Of a stretch of DNA of 24,000 nucleotides, positions 15,146-23,014 are shown in pieces. The stretch lies in assembly GCA_030631415.1 (NCBI GenBank), contig DAOVLE010000036.1, forward strand, positions 1-24,000, read 5' to 3'. The notes beneath the pieces are model-generated. The model searched no databases and was not told where the DNA came from. It saw only the letters and a list, made by a program, of their open reading frames with translations. Every line of letters starts with the position of its first letter. Positions within the stretch are counted from its first letter, which is position 1. The position numbers and the translations under genes are program-made. The DNA is from Phycisphaerales bacterium. Its GTDB lineage: Bacteria > Planctomycetota > Phycisphaerae > UBA1845.

Positions 15146-15179
15146 TCTGTAGGTCGGACCCGCAGGCCCGACCTACAGA
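15146..15179. terminator. GTAG-headed REP hairpin overlapping the folP stop codon (terminator-like / 3'-end stabiliser candidate)
   Basis: tctgtaggtcgg (15146-15157) and ccgacctacaga (15168-15179) form a perfect 12-bp stem with a 10-nt loop. On the minus strand it reads ...AGT CTG TAG GTCGGGCCTGCGGGTCCGACCTACAGA, so the folP TAG is the TAG of the GTAG head. No U-tract. Confidence 0.45.
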
Positions 15180-15997
15180 CTGGCTGCTTGGAGCAGTTCG
15201 ACAGTTTCCCTGACGTCGTGGACCCGCACGATCCGCACGCCAGCAGTTGCCGCTGCCAGCACGCATATCAACGAGCCGGCCAAAAGGGACGACGCGGCGG
15301 TTCCCGTAAACCTGCGAACGACGCTCTTACGCGAAGTACCCAGAAGAACCGGAAACCCATCGGCTACGATCTCGTCAAGCCGCCGGATCAGTTCGCAATT
15401 GTGATCGGCGGTCTTGCCGAAACCGATCCCGGGGTCCACGACTATCCGCGAAGCAGCGATACCCGCGGAGAGGCTGAAACCGACCCGCTCGGATAAGAAC
15501 CGCTTCACCTCCCTGACGACGTCTTGATAGGTGGGGCTGTGTTGCATCGTAGCCGGCGCACCCTGCATGTGCATGAGCACGACAGGAACGTCGGCATCTG
15601 CCGCAACACCAGCCATCTCAGGATCACCACGCAACGCCGTAATATCGTTAATCATGTCCGCCCCAGCCTGTAAGGCCTCCGCGGCTACTACTGCCGAACT
15701 GGTATCCACGGAAATTACAATTTGTGGGTGTTGTTGGCGGACGGCTTCGATCACGGGGACAGCCCGGCGGATTTGCTCCTGGGGTTCGACCGGTTCAGCC
15801 CCCGGTCGCGAGGATTCCGGCCCTACGTCAATGATCGCCGCACCGTCAGCGACCATTTCAGTTGCCCGGGTAGTGGCGGATTTGACATCCAGGAACCGCC
15901 CTCCGTCGCTGAAAGAGTCGGGGGTGACGTTCAGGATGCCCATGACCACCGGCAGTCCCGAAAGGTCCAGTGTGCCGTGCCGGGTAGTCAGTTGCAT
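15173..15997 (-). CDS. folP: Dihydropteroate synthase
   Basis: Motifs: GILNVTPDSFSDGG, DVGPESSRPG, ISVDT, INDI, VVLMHMQG, DPGIGFGKT. ATG at 15997 is preferred; the ORF-track start at 16015 is a GTG six codons upstream. Downstream of ftsH, as in many bacteria. Confidence 0.9.
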   Translation of the reverse strand: MQLTTRHGTLDLSGLPVVMGILNVTPDSFSDGGRFLDVKSATTRATEMVADGAAIIDVGPESSRPGAEPVEPQEQIRRAVPVIEAVRQQHPQIVISVDTSSAVVAAEALQAGADMINDITALRGDPEMAGVAADADVPVVLMHMQGAPATMQHSPTYQDVVREVKRFLSERVGFSLSAGIAASRIVVDPGIGFGKTADHNCELIRRLDEIVADGFPVLLGTSRKSVVRRFTGTAASSLLAGSLICVLAAATAGVRIVRVHDVRETVELLQAASL

Positions 15998-16017
15998 GAG
16001 TCGCTTCTCGAACACTG

Positions 16018-16324
16018 CAGAAAATGGAAAATGGAAAATGCTGACCGGGCAACGTTTTCAGCATGTAGGGCGGGTTCTACCCGCCGCGCGATACCACAAC
16101 GGCGGGTGAAACCCGCCCTACAACTGCGATTATGCCATTTTCTCGGTTTTTCACGCTCCCCGTTGGGGAGCCGCTAAACGCTACGGACTTGTCGCTGCTA
16201 ACCCGCATTTTTAATGAACGCAGAGACGCAGAGAGCGCAGAGAAGAAGGGAGTGTGCCCAACGACAATGTTTCCCATCTCCCCATTTTCCATTTTCCATT
16301 TTCCATTTTCAATTTTCAATTTTC
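16018..16324 (+). repeat. Composite modular repeat, copy X2, bounded by inverted heptamer arrays (MITE-like)
   Basis: The left end (AAAATGG)x~3 at 16021-16040 is the reverse complement of the right end (CATTTTC)x4 at 16283-16310, which is followed by (AATTTTC)x2. The interior holds the family-A doublet 16065-16121 and the modules AACTGCGATTATGCC..TTTTTCACGCTCCCC, GCCGCTAAACGCTACGGACTTGTCGC, ATGAACGCAGAGACGCAGAG and GTGCCCAACGACAATGTTTCCCATCTCCCC. Fills the entire ftsH-folP spacer. Confidence 0.8.
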
Positions 16325-16344
16325 AATTCCCGACAGGGTGGTGC

Positions 16345-18390
16345 TTATCCGGGTTGGGGGAGTGGTCCGTCTTCGAAACCCGGTTGACCGCTGGTCTCTG
16401 AGTCCGGAGCGGTTTGCGGATTGGTTTGCCGCCCGTCCTTGTCTGGGCGAGCTTCTTCGTCGAGAAGGTCGGAAACGCCAAGCTTGTCCAAACTCTCACC
16501 GGCAATCAGCGCCTTGACGTTCTCGCCGGTGATGGTTTCATACTTGATAAGTGCCTTGGCAATGTTGCTGAGTTTGTCGGCGTTTTCGCTGATGATCCGT
16601 TCCGCATCGGTATAAGCCTGGTCAATGAGCTGTCGCACTTCCTCGTCAATAAGCTTGGCGGTTTCGTCGGAGTACTCTTTGCCGGCCAACGCCTCCAACC
16701 CCTCAGGCCTGTTGTTCTCCTCACGGTCGTATGCGATGAAGCCGAGCTTATCGGTCATGCCCCATGCGGTGACCATTCGCCGAGCCAGTTCAGTGGCTTG
16801 ACGAATATCCGAGGAGGCACCGGTGTTGATGTCGCCACAGAAACGCTCCTCGGCGATGCGCCCGGCACAGAGTATCCGCATAGTCGCCAGAATGAAGTTC
16901 TTGCTGTAGTTGGTCCGGTCCTTCTCGGGGAGGGAAAAGGTCGCCCCCCCATAAGGGCCTCGGGGAATGATGCTGATCTTGTGCAGCGGGTCGGCGTGCT
17001 CTTCGAGCGATTGCACCAAGGCGTGCCCCGCCTCGTGATAGGCGGTGGCTCGCTTCTCGATTTCGTCGATTGTGCGGCTTTTCTTGGCCCGTCCCCAGCG
17101 CACTTTGTCGCGGGATTCTTCCAGGTCATCCTGCTCGACGAACTCCTTGTTCTCCATCGTCGCCAACAATGCCGACTCGTTGATAATGGCGGCGAGATCG
17201 GCACCGGAAAACATGGGAGTGCCTCGGGCCAGACGCTTCAAGTCGGCGTCAGGCCCCAACTTGATCTTGCGGGCGTGAACCTTGAGAATCTCATAGCGAC
17301 CCTTGACGTCCGGCAGCGAGACCACCACCTGGCGGTCAAACCGACCGGGGCGGATCAACGCCGGGTCCAGCACGTCCATACGGTTGGTGGCGGCTATCAC
17401 AATCACTTGGTCGTCGGTCTCGAACCCGTCCATCTCCACGAGAATGGCATTGAGGGTCTGTTCACGCTCATCGTGCCCTCCACCGGCGAAGTTGGCTCCA
17501 CGGCGGCGGCCCACCGCGTCAATCTCGTCAAGAAAGATGATACAGGGCGAGTTCTCCTTGGCCTGTTTGAACAGATCGCGGACCCGCGAAGCCCCCACAC
17601 CCACGAACATCTCCACGAAGTCCGAACCGCTGATCGAGAAAAACGGCACGTCCGCCTCCCCGGCGATGGCTTTGGCCAGCAGGGTCTTCCCGCAACCGGG
17701 CTGCCCGACCAGCAGGACCCCCCGCGGGATGCGCCCGCCCAGACGCTGGAACTTCTTGGGGTTCTTGAGGAACTCGATGATCTCGGACACTTCTTCCTTG
17801 GCTTCGACGACACCTGCTACGTCAGCGAAGGTGATGTTGGTGTGCTCCTTTGTGGTAACGCGATGCCGCGATCGCCCGAAGTTGCCCAGCATACCGCCCC
17901 CGCCCCCCGCATTGCGAATCTGGCGGAAAACGTAGAACCAGAAGAAGGCAATCAACAACAACCATGGGAGCATGCTCACCAAAGCGATCAACCATTTGCT
18001 GGTCCTCTCGTTCTTGATCGTGGCTTCGGGCAAAGCCGCCAGCAAATCGCGCATGAACTCCGAGTCCATCGCTGGTGGGGGGTATTGCAGTTTGAATTCA
18101 CGGTTGCTTTGCACGGTAGCATCGGTAGCGGGTTTGCGAATGCCGCCGATGCTGTCCTCACGGATACGCACCTCTTCGATTTGCCCGTCGTGCACCCACT
18201 TCCAAAACGTGCTGATGTCGATCTGTTGGGGCTGGTTGGCACCGTTGGTCAGCAACACCACCAACACCAATGCCAACCCCAGGAAAATCGTCCAACTGAG
18301 GATTCCGCGCGAAGGCATCTTCAGGTTTGGCCCTGTAGGCTTCGGGTGGTTGCTCTGTTTTTCGGGGCTGTGCCCCTTATCTTCCGGCAT
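16345..18390 (-). CDS. ftsH: ATP-dependent zinc metalloprotease FtsH
   Basis: Two N-terminal TM helices. Walker A GQPGCGKT, Walker [32 protein letters not shown], zinc site HEAGHAL. ATG preceded by GGAG. Confidence 0.95.
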   Translation of the reverse strand: MPEDKGHSPEKQSNHPKPTGPNLKMPSRGILSWTIFLGLALVLVVLLTNGANQPQQIDISTFWKWVHDGQIEEVRIREDSIGGIRKPATDATVQSNREFKLQYPPPAMDSEFMRDLLAALPEATIKNERTSKWLIALVSMLPWLLLIAFFWFYVFRQIRNAGGGGGMLGNFGRSRHRVTTKEHTNITFADVAGVVEAKEEVSEIIEFLKNPKKFQRLGGRIPRGVLLVGQPGCGKTLLAKAIAGEADVPFFSISGSDFVEMFVGVGASRVRDLFKQAKENSPCIIFLDEIDAVGRRRGANFAGGGHDEREQTLNAILVEMDGFETDDQVIVIAATNRMDVLDPALIRPGRFDRQVVVSLPDVKGRYEILKVHARKIKLGPDADLKRLARGTPMFSGADLAAIINESALLATMENKEFVEQDDLEESRDKVRWGRAKKSRTIDEIEKRATAYHEAGHALVQSLEEHADPLHKISIIPRGPYGGATFSLPEKDRTNYSKNFILATMRILCAGRIAEERFCGDINTGASSDIRQATELARRMVTAWGMTDKLGFIAYDREENNRPEGLEALAGKEYSDETAKLIDEEVRQLIDQAYTDAERIISENADKLSNIAKALIKYETITGENVKALIAGESLDKLGVSDLLDEEARPDKDGRQTNPQTAPDSETSGQPGFEDGPLPQPG

Positions 18391-18451
18391 GTGTCAAACT
18401 CCGTTGCTGGATTCGTGTGCCCCGATAACGCACCATGGGATTCTAGCCCTC

Positions 18452-18946
18452 TTACCACCGGGATTCCATGGTTTCGACGATGGCTTCCGCCATACCATCA
18501 AACCCCCGCATCATCCCTTTGGCGAATGTCTCACCCACCGGAGGAATATACTCGACCGAATACACAAACCGCTTGCGTTCGACCAGGAGGCTACCGGTCC
18601 GCAGGTCCTTCCAGCGATAGCGCATGATGATGGTTGCCCCTTTCTCACGCGGCAAGCCGCTCTCGAAGTCATCACCAAACGCACGCTGGCGAACCTCCAG
18701 AATCTCACCGGAAAACAGCGTGTCCGCCGTCCGCAACGGCCCAATCCGGTACGGGGTGTCCATCTCGATCCGCTTGATAAGCGCTTCGGTCAGTTGAAAC
18801 TCCAACTCGCGTCGAAACTCGCGCGACTCCAGCATCTCGACGTGCACCGTCTGTATTCCGGACCTGAACGGGCGTTTCGTCGAGTAGCCGCAACCACCGC
18901 ATAACACCGCCGCCAGGCCAACCACCACCACAAACCTGCCGATCAC
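18452..18946 (-). CDS. lptE: LptE-like outer-membrane lipoprotein (LPS-assembly lipoprotein family, tentative)
   Basis: Signal peptide plus Cys: VVVVGLAAVLCGGCGY. The pattern CGY...IQTVHV...ELEFQLTEALIKRI...TADTLFSGEI resembles the LptE/RlpB family consensus as I remember it. The GTG start overlaps the bamD-like stop (GTGA). Not verifiable by eye. Confidence 0.5.
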   Translation of the reverse strand: MIGRFVVVVGLAAVLCGGCGYSTKRPFRSGIQTVHVEMLESREFRRELEFQLTEALIKRIEMDTPYRIGPLRTADTLFSGEILEVRQRAFGDDFESGLPREKGATIIMRYRWKDLRTGSLLVERKRFVYSVEYIPPVGETFAKGMMRGFDGMAEAIVETMESRW

Positions 18947-20061
18947 GGGGTCACCTCACTTCCGGACGGCTCCGCCTTGCCCATGCCCATTTTCGAGAGA
19001 TGTCGAATAGCCTGGCGAGCGGCGATGGTCTCAGGCCAATTCGCCATGGTGGAACGATAATAGAACGCAGCCGCATTGCGATGCCTGGTGCGCCGATAAT
19101 AATCGCCCACGTGGAGTTCCTTGGCTGCCCGTTTCTCGCGGATGTCGTCGAGAATCAAACCCACGCCCTCTTGCTCGGCGGTGCCGGGATACTGGACCAG
19201 GTATTCATGGTATCTGGCTTGGGCCTCGACCAACGCCGCGTCGTCGAACTCGATGCCCGGGAAACTCGCCAGGGCGGCATCGGCACTACGCCGAAGCGCG
19301 TGCCGCATGTAACGACTGCTGGGAAACTGCTCCCGCAGGCGGGTAAATTCCATCTCCGCCAAAACAAAATCCCCATTTTTGAAGAAGTAGTCAGCCTTGG
19401 TCTTCAAAGCCAACTCGGCTGTGGAACTGCCCGGATTGTTTGCCGCCAGATCGTCGAGAATGCCGATCCCCATCTCTTCAGCCGATAAGATACGCAGCCC
19501 CAAAAACTTACGTCTCGTGCCGTTGAGAAAGACATCGGCGATAACGAATTCGTAGTGAACGGCTTCGGCGGCGGCTTGGGTTCCGCCAAACTCGCTGAGG
19601 AACTCTTGCAGGTGCTTGTGGGCCTTGTAGTAATCACGCCGGGCAATCTCGATGCGGGCCTGCAATACTGCCGCATCAGGATAATAGGGGCTCGTATTGC
19701 CGTATCTCTTAAGCCACTTGCGGATGCCTCGATACGCCGAGCCATAATGACCTTCGGCGTAGGCCATCCGCGCCAGTCGCAGATCACCTTCGGCGGTGCC
19801 GGGAATTGGAGGTTCCTGCTCGACCCATACGCCGCGGGCTTCGTCGTACTCGAGAGCCTCACCTTGCACCCTCGGTTGCCTGGCCTGCACCACCGCCGAT
19901 TGCACCGCCAAGAGGCAAGTGATCAGCCCACAACACAACAGATGCCGGTGGCGGCCTGACGCCGCCGAGCATCCTCCCTCAACAGCGCCGGCCCGATAAG
20001 AAGCGTTGGGGGCTGTCTCTGGGCGCTTCGCAGTGCAATGGTTAAGCGTCATCGGATCCAT
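18943..20061 (-). CDS. bamD: BamD-like TPR outer-membrane protein assembly factor
   Basis: The C-terminal part (FPSSRYMRHALRR...YLVQYPGTAEQ...AAKELHVGDYYRRTRHRNAAAFYYRSTMANWPETIAARQAIRHL) parallels E. coli BamD (YPNSQY...[42 protein letters not shown]). Hydrophobic signal segment HLLCCGLITCLLAVQSAVVQA. Start uncertain (ATG 20121, 20061 or 20052). The ORF-track start at 20214 reads through a REPIN and is rejected. Confidence 0.6.
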   Translation of the reverse strand: MDPMTLNHCTAKRPETAPNASYRAGAVEGGCSAASGRHRHLLCCGLITCLLAVQSAVVQARQPRVQGEALEYDEARGVWVEQEPPIPGTAEGDLRLARMAYAEGHYGSAYRGIRKWLKRYGNTSPYYPDAAVLQARIEIARRDYYKAHKHLQEFLSEFGGTQAAAEAVHYEFVIADVFLNGTRRKFLGLRILSAEEMGIGILDDLAANNPGSSTAELALKTKADYFFKNGDFVLAEMEFTRLREQFPSSRYMRHALRRSADAALASFPGIEFDDAALVEAQARYHEYLVQYPGTAEQEGVGLILDDIREKRAAKELHVGDYYRRTRHRNAAAFYYRSTMANWPETIAARQAIRHLSKMGMGKAEPSGSEVTP

Positions 20062-20168
20062 ACCTGTCCAAGATTGTGGAAGGGGCGCCGCACCGGCGTC
20101 GTTTCCCCGGTCATCCACCATTCTACGACACACCACCGAGGCAGGCAACTTGACCGTCTTCTGATGTT

Positions 20169-20285
20169 GTAGGGCGGGTTCCACCCGCCATCGGCAAGTG
20201 AAACATAACGCCATAGATGGCGGGTGGAACCCGCCCTACAACTGCGATTACGCCGTTTTCCCCGTTTTTCACGCTCCCGTTCGGT
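20169..20285 (+). repeat. Composite modular repeat, truncated copy X3
   Basis: Family-A doublet (20169-20189 / 20219-20239) followed by AACTGCGATTACGCCGTTTTCCCCGTTTTTCACGCTCCCGTTCGG. This is the same junction and module as 16122-16170 in X2. Ends at the stop codon of the 843-aa kinase gene. Confidence 0.8.
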
Positions 20286-22817
20286 TTATTTGTGAAATGG
20301 GGTGCGTTTGGAGACCTCCGCGAGATAACGGTGCAGGCTTTCATACGGCGGGGGGCGCTGGGACAGTTCGAGGGAATGCTTCAGACAATACAGGGCCTCG
20401 TCTGATTTGTGCATCTGCTCATATGCCTTGGCTTTCTGCTCCCATGCCTGAGCCTCCATACGCGGGTTGCGATGCCGTTGTGCCAACTCGATCCGCTTGA
20501 TGATGTAGTCTAACGCCTTCTCCTCCTGCTCGGTGAGCAGATACATATCCGCCAGATGCTCATAAGTCACCGCCAGCCCGTTCCAGAAGTCCGTTTCCGC
20601 AAGGGTTCGGATGGCTTCGTCAAAGCGGGACTGAGCCTGATCGAACTGCCCGGTCAGGCAGGCACAGCGCCCGAGGTTCATGTTGGAGACCCCGAGGTTG
20701 ACCCGGTCGCCGACCTCCTGGGATAGTATCAAAGCCCGGTTGTAGTATTCCTGGGCCTCGCAAAACCGCTCCTGCTTGAGCAGTACGCTGCCCATGCCAT
20801 TGTAAGGCCATACCAGTGACACTAAGTCGCCGTGGCGTTTGCTGATTTCGATGGCCTGGGCGAAGGCCTGCTCCGCCTCTTCGTAGCGGTTGAGCCGCAA
20901 CAACACGAACCCCAGGTTCCCGTAGTACTTGGCGGCATCGCCGAACAGGGTCAACTCGGTTGCGATGGAGGTGGCCCGGTCCAGGAACTCGTGGGCCAGG
21001 GCATACTCGCCCTGGTAGTAATACATGACGCCGAGGTTGCAGTATGCTTCTGCCAAACGCGGTTGATTGTTCAGCTCTCGGGCGAGGTTCTCCTCGCGTT
21101 GGTGATACTCGGTGGCTTGCTCGTACTCGCCACAGCGTGCGTGACAGACCCCGATCAGGCTGATGGGATCGAGGTATTCAGGGTCGGCCTGATTGGCCTC
21201 CTCCGCCAGGCGGATGGCTTGGCGGTATCGCCCCTCGGCAAACGCCCGCTTGGCCCGGGCCAGCTTCTCGGTGGCTTCGAGACTCTCGGAGGACCCTCCG
21301 GGCAGGCTGGACGGCGCCAGCTTCTTGCTGACCAGCTCCACCACCGCGGTGGCGACCTGATCTTCGAGAGCGAACAGGTCATCGATCTGGCCGGCTATGT
21401 GGGCTATGTGCCGGGGTTGTGGATTGCCGGACATCAGGGCATGGACGGTGAGACGCAGCTTGCCGGCGACCATCTGATAGCTGCCCATGATGATGGTCCC
21501 GGCGCCGACCAGTCGCCCGGCTTCGATGATCTGCTCCATCTCGGTCCCGCCGGCGTCGCGGGCATCGATTTGCTTCAGGGTCTTTTGCAGGCTGTTGCGA
21601 TCGGCGATGTGCACGTCGCGCAGCGCCATCAGACGGCTGGTCACATAGTCGGCGATGGCATCGCCCACCCAGTCGTCCGCCTCGCGTTTGGTGAGATTGT
21701 TGAAAGACAGAACCGTGATCCCCTTGGGCGGAAGACGTGGGGAGGGGGCAGGCATGGTCACCATGGCGGTGCCGTGCTCCACACCGACCCGCAGGGCGTC
21801 CACCAGGTCCACCGTGGATTCGTAGCGATGGTCGGGCTTCTTGGCCAGACAGGCTTCGAGCACCTGCCGGAACCACGAAGGGATTCTGCCCGCCGATTCC
21901 TTGGGCCAGACCACCGGTTCGTGGCGGTGCTTCTGAGCCAGGTCCAGCACGCCCACGCCCATGAACACCGGCTGCCCCACCGCCAGATGGTAGAGCGTCG
22001 CCCCCAGAGAGTAGATGTCCGCCCGGTGATCCAGTTCGCCCTCGGCGTCGAACTGCTCTGGGGACATGTAATGAGGTGTTCCCAGCAGTTGCCCCACGTG
22101 GGTGATCCCGCCCTGCCCGGAGGTCTGAATCTTGACCAGGCCCAGGTCCATGATTTTGACCTGCCCGGTGCTGCACAGCATCAGGTTGCTTGGCTTGATG
22201 TCGCGATGGATCAGGGTTGCCTCATGGATGGCTGACAATCCCTCAGCCGTTTGAATGGCGACATCCACCACCTGTTCCCACGGCATGTAGCCGGTATCGC
22301 GGATCACCTTGCGGAGGTTGGCTCCGTCCACGTATTCCATGACGAAGTACCAGCTTCCCTTGACGCAGTCGCAGTCCAACACGCGGGCGACGTTGATGTG
22401 GTTCACCGAAGCCCCGGCGTGGGCTTCGGCTCGGAGACGGGCGATGGCCAGCTCCTTCCAATCATCATCGGGGGCATCGAGCACTTTGATGACGCAAAGC
22501 TGTTCGAGGTGCCGGTGATGAGCCAGGAAAATGCGTCCCTGGGCACCGGCTCCCAACGCCCGAATTATCGAATAGCGTTCGGCACAGACGTTCGCCCATT
22601 TCTCCGTGGACATTTCAGCAAACGCGAGTGTATCACGCCACTTGGTCCCATCCGCGAACTCGGTGGGGCGTGGGAACACGAACTTGCAACGGCTGCATGA
22701 GAGGAACTGGTCCGCGCGTCCTCTGATCACACCTGGGCCTGCATGACAGTGTGGGCACGTCCACCCCAATTCCGCCACGGGCTCGCTATCGTTTGCTTGC
22801 GCTGCGATTGTCTTCAC
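20286..22817 (-). CDS. Multidomain Ser/Thr protein kinase: N-terminal zinc ribbon, kinase, alpha/beta 'TolB-N/COG5616-like' module, C-terminal TPR array
   Basis: CPHC...CSRC zinc ribbon. Kinase motifs: GAGAQGRIF, VIKVL, HRDIKPSNLM, DLGLVK, GTPHYMSPEQ. ITVLSFNNLTKREADDWVGDAIADYVTSRLM resembles the module found in TPR-linked kinases and cyclases. About 8 TPR-like repeats (AEAYCNLGVMYYYQGEYALA etc.). No TM helix seen. The GTG start at 22817 is uncertain. Confidence 0.88.
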   Translation of the reverse strand: MKTIAAQANDSEPVAELGWTCPHCHAGPGVIRGRADQFLSCSRCKFVFPRPTEFADGTKWRDTLAFAEMSTEKWANVCAERYSIIRALGAGAQGRIFLAHHRHLEQLCVIKVLDAPDDDWKELAIARLRAEAHAGASVNHINVARVLDCDCVKGSWYFVMEYVDGANLRKVIRDTGYMPWEQVVDVAIQTAEGLSAIHEATLIHRDIKPSNLMLCSTGQVKIMDLGLVKIQTSGQGGITHVGQLLGTPHYMSPEQFDAEGELDHRADIYSLGATLYHLAVGQPVFMGVGVLDLAQKHRHEPVVWPKESAGRIPSWFRQVLEACLAKKPDHRYESTVDLVDALRVGVEHGTAMVTMPAPSPRLPPKGITVLSFNNLTKREADDWVGDAIADYVTSRLMALRDVHIADRNSLQKTLKQIDARDAGGTEMEQIIEAGRLVGAGTIIMGSYQMVAGKLRLTVHALMSGNPQPRHIAHIAGQIDDLFALEDQVATAVVELVSKKLAPSSLPGGSSESLEATEKLARAKRAFAEGRYRQAIRLAEEANQADPEYLDPISLIGVCHARCGEYEQATEYHQREENLARELNNQPRLAEAYCNLGVMYYYQGEYALAHEFLDRATSIATELTLFGDAAKYYGNLGFVLLRLNRYEEAEQAFAQAIEISKRHGDLVSLVWPYNGMGSVLLKQERFCEAQEYYNRALILSQEVGDRVNLGVSNMNLGRCACLTGQFDQAQSRFDEAIRTLAETDFWNGLAVTYEHLADMYLLTEQEEKALDYIIKRIELAQRHRNPRMEAQAWEQKAKAYEQMHKSDEALYCLKHSLELSQRPPPYESLHRYLAEVSKRTPFHK

Positions 22818-22913
22818 CCTCGGTATAGTCGCACTCGTTTGCCCTATCTATCGTAACCGCGCCCTCACGATGTGTGAATAGGGTATCTGCCGTAATGTAA
22901 TGGTATCCAGGAG

Positions 22914-22988
22914 GTAGGGCGGGTTTCACCCGCCTTCTTGGCATGGGGCGGTTTCTTGACGTGGGATGGCGGGTAGAACCCGCCCTAC
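22914..22988. repeat. Family-A REPIN-like inverted doublet
   Basis: GTAGGGCGGGTTTCACCCGCC (22914-22934), 33-nt spacer, GGCGGGTAGAACCCGCCCTAC (22968-22988). Lies in the divergent spacer between the kinase and CPBP genes. Confidence 0.9.
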
Positions 22989-23014
22989 TCTTGCACGTCC
23001 CGATTTCTACCGTT

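Noticed and set aside
15531-16177. Plus-strand ORFs of 192 and 151 aa
   Set aside because: Antisense to folP, and they run into the repeat element.
16077-16401. Small ORFs translating to ENGKWKMENG / FHFPFSIFNF peptides; the similar 911-1134 ORFs
   Set aside because: Translations of the heptamer arrays and composite repeat modules. The same DNA occurs in both orientations at other loci, which is inconsistent with a conserved protein.
16414-18627. 737-aa ORF on the plus strand
   Set aside because: Lies antisense to ftsH, whose product carries complete Walker A/B, SRH and HEAGH motifs. The antisense translation is low-complexity (Gly/Pro/Arg/Leu-rich) with no motifs. This is a typical long shadow ORF in GC-rich DNA.
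20832-22235. 467-aa plus-strand ORF, plus the 265-aa minus-strand ORF 21379-22176 in another frame
   Set aside because: Both overlap the 843-aa kinase/TPR gene, which carries clear Hanks motifs. Their translations are Arg/Gly/Pro-rich low-complexity sequence.
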